Source: an uncultured delta proteobacterium
GTDB lineage: Bacteria; Myxococcota_A; UBA9160; UBA4427
Direction of reading: 5' to 3'
Assembly (NCBI GenBank): GCA_963822965.1
Contig: CAWGJT010000010.1
Span: forward strand, 448,001 to 512,000
Length of the DNA stretch: 64,000 bases
Shown: positions 30,093 to 39,617 of the stretch, piece by piece
Position numbering within the stretch: the stretch's first letter is position 1
How the letters are laid out: each line of letters starts with the position of its first letter
Notes under the pieces: generated by a model
What the model was told of the DNA's origin: nothing
What the model saw: only the letters and a program-made list of their open reading frames with translations
The model's database searches: none
Made by a program: the position numbers and the translations under genes

Positions 30093-32439
30093 TCAGGCCG
30101 CGGCGCGCTGCGGTGCGCCCCGGGCGGCCTCCTCGGTCCGCGGCGCCGGACACCCGCTCGCCGTCGTTCCAGTCGAGCAGGGAGCACAGGGCGGGGGTCA
30201 CCGTGAGGTCGACCGCCCAGGCGAAGAGCAGAGTGAAGGCGCCCAGCGCGCCGAACTGGGCCTGGGTGACGAGCTCGCTCGTGGTGAGCACCAGCAGCCC
30301 CAGACACAGGGCGAGGGTGGTCCAGGTGACCGGCCTTCCGACCTCCGTGAGCGCGGCCCGGGCGGCGGAATCCGGCGCCTCCCGTTGCAGGGTGTGGCTG
30401 CGATGACGCACCACGAAGTGCAGGGTGTCGTCGATCGCGATCCCCAGCACCACGCAGCCGAGCAGGGCGGTGGCGTTGTTGAGCGGAATGCCGGTGAGGC
30501 CGAGAACGCCGAAGTAGACGGCGACGGGCAGCGCGTTCGGCAGCAGGGCCACGCCGGCCAGACGCGCCGATCGGAAGGCCAGGGCCAGGATCGCGTAGAT
30601 GATCGCGAACGCGGCGACGAGACTCACCGCCTGGTCGCGCGAGACGTCGTCCACCGCCCGCGTGAGCAGCACGGTGCCGCCCGTGACGACGGCGGTGAGG
30701 CCGTGCCCGAGTCCGGCCAGCCGGCCCTCGATGCGCGCCACGAGCTCGCCGATCTCCCGGGAGGAGGTCGCCCGCGAGCGCACCTGCACCAGGGTCGACT
30801 GCCGGCGCCCGTCCAGGATCGGGTCGACGGCGTCCCCGTCGGAGAGCCACAGCAGCTGCGCGACCAGGGCGCGGCTGGACCCGGCGTCGAGCGGTCCGGC
30901 CGCTCCGAGCAGGCGGCTGCCCGCCTGCAGGTGGTCGACGATGGAGGTGGTCCCGCCCACCTCGGGCTGGGTGGCCAGCCAGTCCTGGAGGCTTGCGATC
31001 TCCCGCAGCCGCGCGGGCTCGAGCAGGCTGCCGCGACCGGGTCCGTCGATGGCGATCGTGAACACGTCGGCGCCGTCGAGTGCTTCGTTGAGGCGCTCGT
31101 AGCTTCGACGGATCATCGAGTCGGCGTGGAAGTTCTCGACGGTGCGCGTGTCCACCTCGATCCTCGTCGCCGCCGCCAGCGAGCCGAGGAAGACGAGGAC
31201 GCTCGCGAAGAGGATCGCCTTGCGGTGCCGCAGGTCGAAGCACGCGATGCCGTCGAAGACCCGATCGAGCCGCTGCTCGCGATTCTCGAAGCGCGCCACG
31301 GTCGGCGCCGCGGCGAGCGCGAGCACCGCCGGGGTGAACGTGAGCGAGACACCGAGCGCCGCCGCCACGCCGAGGGCGCCGAAGCGGCCGAACTCCCGGA
31401 TCGCCGCGTGGGCGCTGGTCTCGAGGGAGAGGAAGGCGCCGGCGGTGGTGAGCGCCGTCAGGATCACGGGGCCCCGGACCGTCGCGAGCGCACTCGCCAC
31501 GCGCGCCGCATGCGAGGGGTGCTCGTCTCCTGCCCGGACGACGGCCCGCACCTCGGCGACCACGTGGATCGCGTACGCGAATCCCACCACCAGCACGAGG
31601 GGCGGCACGATGCTGGTGACCAGGTTCAGCGCATGACCCGCCCAGCCCATGGCGCCGAGCGTCCACACCAGCGCGATGGTGATCGTGGCCACGGGCAGCC
31701 AGGCCTGGGTGAGCGACCGGAAGACCACGAAGGCGGCGGCCATCATGAGCAGCAACACCAGGGGCACCTGGGTGGCCAGCTCGCGGTTCAGGATCCGGCT
31801 CATCTCGGCCTTGAAGAACGGCGCGCCCGCGATCCAGACCGGCGACCCGGGCGCCGCTTCGTGGACGGCGTACGCCACCCGCCGGTCGAGCCCCGACGCC
31901 ACGAGCTCGGGCTCGCTCATGGGCTCGAGACCCACCTGGATGGCGGCCAGGCGGCCGTCGCGCGAGACGAGTGTGCCGGCTCGCAGCGGATCGGTCAGCG
32001 CCGCTGCCCGGATGTCGGGGAGGCGTTCCGGGTGCTCGTGCACCGCCTCGTGGGTGGGCATCGTGACGAGCTCTCCGTCGCGCCGCTGGAAGTCCGGCGC
32101 GCTCGCGATGCTGGTGGTGTTCGCGATCTCGGGCAGCTCGTTCAGGGCCTTCTCGACCCCGGCGATCTGGTCGAGGCCCTCGAGGCTGAGGGCGCCCGCC
32201 TGGGGCTCCAGGGCCACCACCACCCATTCGCCGGTGCCGAAGCGACGCTCCTGGCTGGCCTGGCTCCGGCGCCCGGGGTCGTGGTCCGAGAGGAGCTTCT
32301 CGAACGACGGATCGATGCGAAGCCGGGGGACGCCGGACAGGGGGTCGACGATGCCGGCGATCGCGACGAGGGTCACCGCTCCGACGAGGAGCAGCACCAC
32401 GCGCGGATGCCTCGTGATGGCGAGGAAGAGCGCGCTCAC
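30093..32439 (-). CDS. MMPL/RND family transporter (3' end approximate)
   Basis: Two TM blocks with periplasmic loops; TTAGAFLSL, PNALP, GIAIDDTLH. Confidence 0.88.
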
Positions 32440-33307
32440 CAGACCGCGTGGGAGGCATGCAGCGTCGTGGGGGCCAGGTTCTCGGGATCGAAGCTGCGCG
32501 CGTCCAGGAGAGAGGCTCCGCGCTCCAGCGACTCGAGGGTGACACGCGTCTCGTTCTCGGCCTGCAGGTCGGCGACGCGCAGGCTGCGCGGAACGAAGTC
32601 GCTCGCTTCCGGCTCGAAGGGCCGGGGGAGAGCTCGACGAGGCGCGCGAGACGTCCCTTCCGGTCGGCGATCTCGGTTCGCAGCGGGACACAGCGTTCCC
32701 GGTCGAGCCAGCTGGTGATCCGCTCCCGGCCGTCCCGGGATTCGAGGCGCCACGCGGCGCGACCGTCGATCTCGTCCTCCCGCCACGACTCGACCTTCGT
32801 CGTGCGGGCCAGCAGACCCGCTCGTTCGAGGTCGGCGTAGGTGATGTTGGTGCCGAAGAGGGGCTTGCGCAGGTGGCGCGAGCCCACGCGCTTCACCTCG
32901 GCGATCTCCGGCAGCCAGGCGTGCGCCTCGGGTCGTTCGCCGTCGCGTTCGATCAGCAGCACCCGGCTGCCTGCCAGCTCGGCGGGCTCCAGCATCTCCA
33001 GCAGGATGCGCGTGTCCCCGGGCGTCGAACGCCAGGCGATGCGCGCCCGCGAGCGGGTGACCTCGCGGGCGCGGTCGAGCGCCTCGATGCGCAGGACGGC
33101 GGAGCCTACCTCCGGCGCGTCGCCAGGCGCCGGCGCGAGGGCGTCGAGGCAGCGCGCGTACGGCGGTGCCGTCTCGTCCGCCGGGGTCCGCTCCGCCGTC
33201 CCGAGGAGAAGCAGGACGACCGCGAGTGCGGCCGTCGCCAACCTCGAGCCTGCGCGAGCGCTGCGCGGCACTTGCCCGTGATGCGCGAGAGCGTCGCTTC
33301 CTGACAC
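32436..33307 (-). CDS. LolA-like outer membrane lipoprotein-sorting protein (frameshift near 32630)
   Basis: Signal peptide; EPAELAGSRVL, WLPEIAEVKRV, LFGTNITYADL; stop overlaps MMPL start. Confidence 0.75.
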
Positions 33308-33539
33308 GGCTCCCCCCGTTTTCGCGGCGGAGGCTCGCGGCCGAAGCCGGGCCCGCCGGGCGTGCGCGGCCCGGAATGGCCGGAGCGCGCTCGGACCATC
33401 GGCCGCGCGCGTGCGGCGATCAATGGCGGTTGCCTGACTCGAGCCCGCTCGAAGTCTGAAACCGAGGCCGACCCGAGCCCTGAATCAGACTCTCGTACGC
33501 TTCGGGTCCGATCTTCGTGATCTCGCGCACGTCCGCCAT

Positions 33540-33582
33540 CGCGGTTCCGCCGCAAGGGGAGCCCAACGGGCTCCCTCAGCGA
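33540..33582 (+). repeat. REP-like element, second hairpin only
   Basis: CGCGGTTCCGCCGCAAGGGGAGCCCAACGGGCTCCCTCAGCG matches 58109-58150. Confidence 0.7.
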
Positions 33583-33698
33583 GCGCATTCCGTAGATCAG
33601 GCTCGGGAGCAGGAACCCGACGCCGAACATGCCCAGGCGGATTGTTCAATGCACGGGCACGAGACGCCCGGGGCCGGGGCGAGCGCGGCCGCCGGGCC

Positions 33699-35918
33699 TC
33701 AGTCGGGCAGTCCCGACCAGCTGCGGTCGTCGCGGGGGCCGGCGGCTCGCGTCACGACCACCGGAATGCCCGTGAGGTGCGCCATCCCGGACACGCGCTC
33801 GATCTCGTCGGGACCGTCGGCGGCCAGCAGGTTGACGTTGACGCCGCTCGTGCGGCTGGCGACCGACAGCCCCGTCGCGTGCTGGTGTCCCCAGCCGTGG
33901 GGCAGGGCCACGGCGCCGGGCATCAGGTCGGGGAGGTGCTTCACGGGCACGCGGACCGTCGCGGTCCGGGAGCGCACGTCGGCCAGGGCGCCCTCCGCGA
34001 GCCCCGCCCGCTGCGCGTCCGCCGGGTGCATGTACAGGTAGTTGGTGTGACGCTCTCCCTTCACGAACTCCTCGATGTTGTGGGTCCAGGAGTTGTGGGT
34101 CTCGTGGGAGCGCTTCGTGATCAGGCGGAGGGTGCCGTCTCCCGCCCGCTCGCGTGCGAAGCGCGCCTCGAGCCCGCCGGCCTGCTCGAGCAGGACGTCC
34201 GGGGCCAGGTGCACCTTCCGGTCCTCGGTGACGATGCGGCCGCCGAGGTAGTCGCCTCCGGCCTGGCGCTCGCGCGGACGGCCGTTCGGATGCCCGAGCA
34301 GGCTCCGGAAGCTTCCGGCGCGCCCCGTTCGCAGCAGCAGGGAGAGCAGCAGCTCCTGGGGCAGGCCGGGCAGCCCCGCGTCGCTTCGCCGCCGTCGGCG
34401 GTCGAGCCGGCGCATCGCCTGCAGGAGCTTCTGGGCGACCTGGGAGCCGAAGAGCGGGGCGCCCGCGGCCTGGCAGAGGTCGAGGTAGATGCTGGCTTCG
34501 TCCCGCTGCTCCGCGGTCGGCGGGTGGACGGGCTCGCTGGCCTGCAGGTACGGCCGGGACTGCATGCCCATCAGCAGCGGGAACGCGAAGAGCAGGTCCG
34601 GACGCTCGAAGGGCGTGGTGCACGGAAGCGTGTAGTGCGCCACCGAACCCGTCTCGTTGCGGTAGATGTCGAGGGTAACGAGCAGCTCGAGATCCTCGAA
34701 GGCGCGCTTCAGGCGGGCGGAGTTCGCCATGGTGATGAGCGGGTTGCCGCCGGTCACGAAGAGCGCGCGGATCTGGCGGTCGCCGGGCGTGAGGATCTCG
34801 TCGGCCAGCACGCCGCCCGGGAAGGCGTCGTTCACCGCCCGGAAGCCGCCGATGCGGCTGCGGCTGTCGTCGACGAAGAGCCCCGAGCGCACCCCGAAGC
34901 GCGCGAAGTCGACGATGCCCCGGCCCATCAGGGTGCCCCCCGGACGGTCGAGGTTGCCCGAGACCGCGTTGATCACCTCCTGTAGCCAGAAGCACAGGGA
35001 CCCCTCGGTTCCCATGTTGACGCCGGTGGAGCTGTAGAGGGCGGCACCGCTCGCGCGCGCGTAGTCGCCGACCATACGGCGCAGGGTATCGGCCGGCACG
35101 CCCGTCGCGGACGCGGTGCGCTCGGGAGGCCAGGCCTGGACGAGCTTCTCGACGGCCTCGGATCCCGTCATGTGCCGGTCGACGCGCGTGCGGTCCACGC
35201 CGCCCCGGGCGATCAGCTCGTGCAGGAAGGAGAGATAGAAGAAGACGTCGGTGTTCGGACGGATGAAGGCGTGCTCGTCCGCGATCTTCGCCGTCTCGGT
35301 GCGTCGGGGATCCACCACCCAGACCCGGCCGCCGCGCTCCTGGATCTCCCGGATGCGGCGGATCGGGTTGGGAACCTGCAGGAAGCTCCACTTCGAGACG
35401 ACGGGATTGGCTCCCACGATGATGAGGCACTCGGTGCGATCGACGTCCGGGTAGGGCTGGGAGAAGGGGAAGCCGTAGATCTGGTGCGCCACGGCGAACT
35501 TGTTCGAGCAGTCCTGGGTCGCCGAGGCGAACAGGCTCTTCGAGCCGAGCCCCTGCATGAAGCCCTGGGCGAAGATGGGGTGCAGCATGCTGAAGCCGGC
35601 CGCGGTCCCCACGTACATGCCGACGGCGTCGGGGCCCCGCTCGGTGCGCAGCCGCCTCAGCTTGTCGCCGATCTCCGCGATCGCCTGCTCCCACGAGATG
35701 CGCTGCCAGCGGTCGCCGACGCGCTTCTCCGGGTGGGTCAGGCGGTCGGGCGAGTCGTAGAGCTTGTGCTGGTTCAAGCCCTTGAGGCAGGCGAAGCCGC
35801 CGGTCGCCACGTGGTCGGTGTTCGGCCGGATCTTCGTGATGCGGCCGGCCTCGAGCTCCACCTGCAGCCCGCACAGGGACTCGCAGATGCGACAGAAGGT
35901 GTGGCGGGTCTCGGACAT
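33699..35918 (-). CDS. Molybdopterin-dependent oxidoreductase
   Basis: CRICESLC...CLKG Fe-S motif, GANP, DPRRTETA, molybdopterin dinucleotide-binding C-terminus (HGWGH). Confidence 0.9.
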   Translation of the reverse strand: MSETRHTFCRICESLCGLQVELEAGRITKIRPNTDHVATGGFACLKGLNQHKLYDSPDRLTHPEKRVGDRWQRISWEQAIAEIGDKLRRLRTERGPDAVGMYVGTAAGFSMLHPIFAQGFMQGLGSKSLFASATQDCSNKFAVAHQIYGFPFSQPYPDVDRTECLIIVGANPVVSKWSFLQVPNPIRRIREIQERGGRVWVVDPRRTETAKIADEHAFIRPNTDVFFYLSFLHELIARGGVDRTRVDRHMTGSEAVEKLVQAWPPERTASATGVPADTLRRMVGDYARASGAALYSSTGVNMGTEGSLCFWLQEVINAVSGNLDRPGGTLMGRGIVDFARFGVRSGLFVDDSRSRIGGFRAVNDAFPGGVLADEILTPGDRQIRALFVTGGNPLITMANSARLKRAFEDLELLVTLDIYRNETGSVAHYTLPCTTPFERPDLLFAFPLLMGMQSRPYLQASEPVHPPTAEQRDEASIYLDLCQAAGAPLFGSQVAQKLLQAMRRLDRRRRRSDAGLPGLPQELLLSLLLRTGRAGSFRSLLGHPNGRPRERQAGGDYLGGRIVTEDRKVHLAPDVLLEQAGGLEARFARERAGDGTLRLITKRSHETHNSWTHNIEEFVKGERHTNYLYMHPADAQRAGLAEGALADVRSRTATVRVPVKHLPDLMPGAVALPHGWGHQHATGLSVASRTSGVNVNLLAADGPDEIERVSGMAHLTGIPVVVTRAAGPRDDRSWSGLPD

Positions 35919-36048
35919 CACGCGCTCCTCTCGTGGGGCCGAGGGGAGACTAGCCGACGGAGCCCGTCCGTTCGGCGGACGACGATGCCCGCCCGGATCG
36001 TCGGCGGGAGGGTGCGGATGCCGGCGGACCTCGATCGGTCGCCGGCCG

Positions 36049-36819
36049 TCACGCACCCGCCCGGGACGAGCCCGGAACGAAGAGGGTCCGCAGCTCGTGG
36101 TGCGAGTCGACCACGAAGTCGGCGTCCGGCAGCGGGCTGGTGTCGTCGTGGTGGGCCCGGAGGCGCACCGCGGTCATGCCCAGGGCGCGAGCGCCCGCCA
36201 CGTCCGTCGCGCGCAGGTCGCCGACGTGGGCCGCCTCGTGCGGCTCCACCTGGAGGGGGACGAGTGCCGCCTCGAAGGCTCGCGGCCGGGGCTTCGGGAC
36301 GCCGACCTCGTCCGAGAAGGCCTGGCTCTCCAGCAGGGGCAGCAGCTCCAGCCGCTGGAGGTGGAGCCGCACGACGCGTCCCGGGGTGAGCCCCGTATCG
36401 CAGACCAGGCCGCACCGGACCCCCGCCTCGCGGAGCGCGACGAGGGTGTCCCGCGCACCTTCCAGCGCCCGCACCCGGCTCGAGTGGGACGCCTCTTCGA
36501 AGCAACGGACCAGATGGTCGAGCGCCGGATGGGGGTCGGCCAGGCCGAGCTCGGCCAGCGCCCAGCGTGCCACCTCGCTTGCGCCGCTGGCGACCCCCTC
36601 GCGCCACAGGTGCATGTGCCGACTCCAGGCGGTGTCGAAGGCCCGCCCGGCGACCTCCGCGTCGACGACGCGTCCCCCCTCGCCCGCGGCCTCGCGGAGG
36701 GCGGCGACGCGCAGGGCATGCGCGGTCTGCCAGTCGTCCTCCTGGAGCAGCGTCGACCAGCAGTCGAACGTGACGGCGCGCAGCGGTCGGGGAAGGGCGG
36801 GGCGGGAGCCGACGGTCAT
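36049..36819 (-). CDS. HAD family hydrolase
   Basis: FDCWSTL motif I, KPRP, HVGDLRATD. Confidence 0.85.
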   Translation of the reverse strand: MTVGSRPALPRPLRAVTFDCWSTLLQEDDWQTAHALRVAALREAAGEGGRVVDAEVAGRAFDTAWSRHMHLWREGVASGASEVARWALAELGLADPHPALDHLVRCFEEASHSSRVRALEGARDTLVALREAGVRCGLVCDTGLTPGRVVRLHLQRLELLPLLESQAFSDEVGVPKPRPRAFEAALVPLQVEPHEAAHVGDLRATDVAGARALGMTAVRLRAHHDDTSPLPDADFVVDSHHELRTLFVPGSSRAGA

Positions 36820-37254
36820 GGCAGGTGGTGCTCCTTCGGCGCGAGCGAGAGCCGCGCTTCGAGGCGTTGCTCGCTCTCGAGCAGCGGCCGGGTGCGGTCG
36901 AGGACGAGGTGCTGGCTCGCGGGCAGCTCGTCGGGCGTCTCCCACTCGCGCGCGAGGTCGTCGTAGAGCTGCTTCCAGCCGCTGCGCGCGGCCCCCGCGT
37001 CGCGCGCAGCGAGGCGCGTGTGGGCCGTCTCGGCACCCACGCGACATTCCACGAAGAGGAAGGGCCAGCCGCGCTCGTCGGCGAGGCCCCGGGCCCGGGG
37101 CCAGGCTCGCGAGGTCCACGGCCACGTCCATCGTTCCCGCCAGCCAGCGCGCGAGGGCGACCACGTCCTCCTCGGCCAGGTCCGACGGGCGGTCGGCATC
37201 CGGAATGGCGGCTGGCGGGGCGTCGTCATCCCGGCAGGATGCGCCGCCCGTCAC
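36816..37254 (-). pseudogene. Probable internally deleted phosphotransferase/P-loop kinase remnant
   Basis: MDVAVDLASLA resembles the APH-like motif; after a frame change FVECR...TRLAAR...LVLDRT resembles a P-loop kinase C-terminus; no Walker A present. Confidence 0.4.
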
Positions 37255-37742
37255 TCCCCCGCGAGTCCGACGCTCGCGAGCAGCCGCACCAGGTCGAGGG
37301 ACGTGACGATGCCGACCACCGCCGAGCCGTCGATCACCGGCACCCGGTGGTAGCCTTCCTCCGCCATCAATCGAGCCGCCTCGCGCACCGGGTCGGTCGG
37401 CGCGACGCTCTTCACGTCGCGGGTCATGATCTCCTCCACGCGCAGCCCGGTCATGCGGTCGGCGATGCGGCGCGAGTCCTGGGCCAGCTGCTCCAGGGAG
37501 GGGATCGGGATGGGGAAGGGACTGGTGTAGAAGCCGGAGACCTTCTCGGCCTCCACCTGCTCGCCGTAGAGGGTGCGAACCACGTCGCTGCGGGAGACCA
37601 CGCCTACCACCTTCTCGTCCGAGACGACGGGTCCGCCGCTCACGCCGTAGCGCAGGAGCACGCGGTCGAGCTCGGTAAGGGTCATTTTGGGGTCCAGCGT
37701 GAGCACGTCGTGGGTCATTACGTCACGGATCAAGATCGGCAT
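37251..37742 (-). CDS. CBS-pair protein
   Basis: IRDVMT...SGGPVV...VGVVSRSD; HRVPVI...VGIVTSLD. Confidence 0.9.
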   Translation of the reverse strand: MPILIRDVMTHDVLTLDPKMTLTELDRVLLRYGVSGGPVVSDEKVVGVVSRSDVVRTLYGEQVEAEKVSGFYTSPFPIPIPSLEQLAQDSRRIADRMTGLRVEEIMTRDVKSVAPTDPVREAARLMAEEGYHRVPVIDGSAVVGIVTSLDLVRLLASVGLAGE

Positions 37743-37803
37743 CGTGGCCTCCCGGGGCCTGGCAGGTGGTCGTGTGAGGATTCGGCGTGGGTCCTGCGGA
37801 AGG

Positions 37804-37819
37804 TGCAAGGCGCATGCCC
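37804..37819 (-). promoter_or_regulatory. Putative sigma54 promoter for the leftward CBS-HAD-oxidoreductase genes
   Basis: Minus strand GGGCATGCGCCTTGCA. Confidence 0.6.
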
Positions 37820-37989
37820 GCAGGGTACCGCCTGTCGTCCCGGGTCCCACGCTTGAATTTGCGCCAAACTGCTCGAACATCTCGAGTCCGGCGGCGTCCG
37901 ATCGCGACGAGGGCGGGGGACGCGAGCACACGGGAGACGGCAGGCGGCTGCGAGGCCGCCGGCCCCGGCCGGCACGAAGGAGCGACGCC

Positions 37990-38481
37990 ATGGGACTGCG
38001 AGCCAGCGACATCATGCAGAGGAAGGTGCGGAGCGTGGGGCCCCGGACCTCGCTGGAGGATCTCGAGCGGGCGTTCTGCGAGGCCCGCCAGGGCGGCTTT
38101 CCGGTCGTCGACGAGCGGGACCGCCTCGTGGGCGTCGTCTCGCGGACCGACGTCGTGCGCAAGCTGGCCACGGAGCAGAGCTACGCGGAGTACGCGTCCG
38201 ACTACTATCGGGAGCTGACCGCATACGGCGAGGGCGGTCCGGACGAGGCCATGGAGGCCATCGCGGCGCGCGTCGGGGCGCGGCTCGCCGGGGTGCACGT
38301 GGAGGACGTCATGTCCCACGCGCCGGTGACGGTGAGCCCCGAGGTGCCCGTGCGCGAGCTGGCCCAGATGCTGACCGAGAAGGCGATCCATCGCGTCCCG
38401 GTCGTCGAGAGCGGCAAGCTCGTGGGGATCGTCACCAGCACCGACCTCGTGCGGCTGCTGGCCGACGGCCGGGTCGCCTGA
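37990..38481 (+). CDS. CBS-pair protein
   Basis: ASDIMQ...GFPVVD...GVVSRTD; HRVPVV...GIVTSTD; AAGGAG RBS. Confidence 0.9.
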   Translation: MGLRASDIMQRKVRSVGPRTSLEDLERAFCEARQGGFPVVDERDRLVGVVSRTDVVRKLATEQSYAEYASDYYRELTAYGEGGPDEAMEAIAARVGARLAGVHVEDVMSHAPVTVSPEVPVRELAQMLTEKAIHRVPVVESGKLVGIVTSTDLVRLLADGRVA

Positions 38482-38485
38482 TTCC

Positions 38486-39397
38486 ATGGAGCCCGTACGA
38501 ACGGTTCTGGCCGCGACCGACTTCTCGACGAATGCATCTCTGGCGCTCGAGCGCGCGGCCGACCTGGCCCGGCGCCGGGCCGCTCGCCTCGTTCTCGTCA
38601 CCGCCTTTTCGCCCATCGGCTCGAGTCGCGTCGATCTGCCGTTGCTGCCCCCGGACCTCGAGGCCGAGGCGTTGGCGGCCAGCCGGCAGCGTCTCGAAGA
38701 AGAGGCGGCGGCGCTGCACGGAGAAGGGCTCGAGGTGGTCTCGAAGCTCGGGCACGGCGTGCCCGCGGAATGCATCGTCGAGATAGCCCGGGACGAGGAG
38801 GCCGACGTCATCGTCGTCGGCACGCGAGGGCTGGAGGGATTCGAGCATGCGTTGCTCGGCAGCACGGCGGAGGCGATCGTCGGGCGGGCGCCGTGCCCCG
38901 TGCTGGTGGTGCATCCCAACGACGTGCAGACCCTCGCGCCGCCCAGCCGCATCCTGCTCTCCACCGATCTCTCCCAGGACACCGCCCCGGTGGCGGACGC
39001 CGTCTTGCGGCTCTTCGGAAACCGCGCGAAGGGAGACACGCCGATCCACGTCGTCGTGGCCCACGCCGACCGGATTCCGCCCATCCTGAAGCCGCTGCTC
39101 AAGTCGCTCACGAGCGCCGACCTGCTGGGCTTCGACCAGGTGGAGGGGCACCTGCGCGACGAGCTCGAGTCCGTCGCCGCTGGCCTGCGCGAGCGCGGCT
39201 TCACCACCTCCGTCGTGGTGAAGGAAGGCGAAGCCGCCAAGACCCTGGTGGAGCTGGCCGGCGCCGAGCACATCGACCTGGTCGCCATGTCCACGCACGG
39301 CCGATCCGGCCTCCGCTCCCTGCTGATGGGGAGCACGGCGCGGCGGGTGGCCCAGCACGCACCGTGTCCGGTGCTCGCCGTTCCCGCCCCCGGCTGA
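38486..39397 (+). CDS. Tandem-domain universal stress protein
   Basis: Two USP domains (ATDFS...GSTAE...CPVLVV; STDLS...GSTARRV...CPVLAV). Confidence 0.9.
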   Translation: MEPVRTVLAATDFSTNASLALERAADLARRRAARLVLVTAFSPIGSSRVDLPLLPPDLEAEALAASRQRLEEEAAALHGEGLEVVSKLGHGVPAECIVEIARDEEADVIVVGTRGLEGFEHALLGSTAEAIVGRAPCPVLVVHPNDVQTLAPPSRILLSTDLSQDTAPVADAVLRLFGNRAKGDTPIHVVVAHADRIPPILKPLLKSLTSADLLGFDQVEGHLRDELESVAAGLRERGFTTSVVVKEGEAAKTLVELAGAEHIDLVAMSTHGRSGLRSLLMGSTARRVAQHAPCPVLAVPAPG

Positions 39398-39440
39398 TCC
39401 GACGCGGATCGGCGCGCGGCAACGGCCGGCGCTCCCTCGC

Positions 39441-39617
39441 TCAGTCCGGCGTGTGGTCGTCCTCGCGTTCGGGGATGCGATCGTCGTCGAAGAGCATGCG
39501 GTGGGCCGGCCCCTCCCAGTCGTCGAAGGCGCCGCCGCGCACCTCCCAGATCACGATCCCGAGCAGCACCGCGCCGAGCAGCAGCGAGACGGGAAGCGTG
39601 ATGGCGAGGAAGCTCAT
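39441..39617 (-). CDS. ccoS: cbb3 oxidase maturation protein CcoS
   Basis: TM followed by GAFDDWEGPAHRMLFDD; last gene of the cco cluster. Confidence 0.85.
   Translation of the reverse strand: MSFLAITLPVSLLLGAVLLGIVIWEVRGGAFDDWEGPAHRMLFDDDRIPEREDDHTPD

Noticed and set aside
37853..37868. TTGAATTTGCGCCAA as an FNR box
   Set aside because: Spacing and right half-site do not fit TTGAT-N4-ATCAA.
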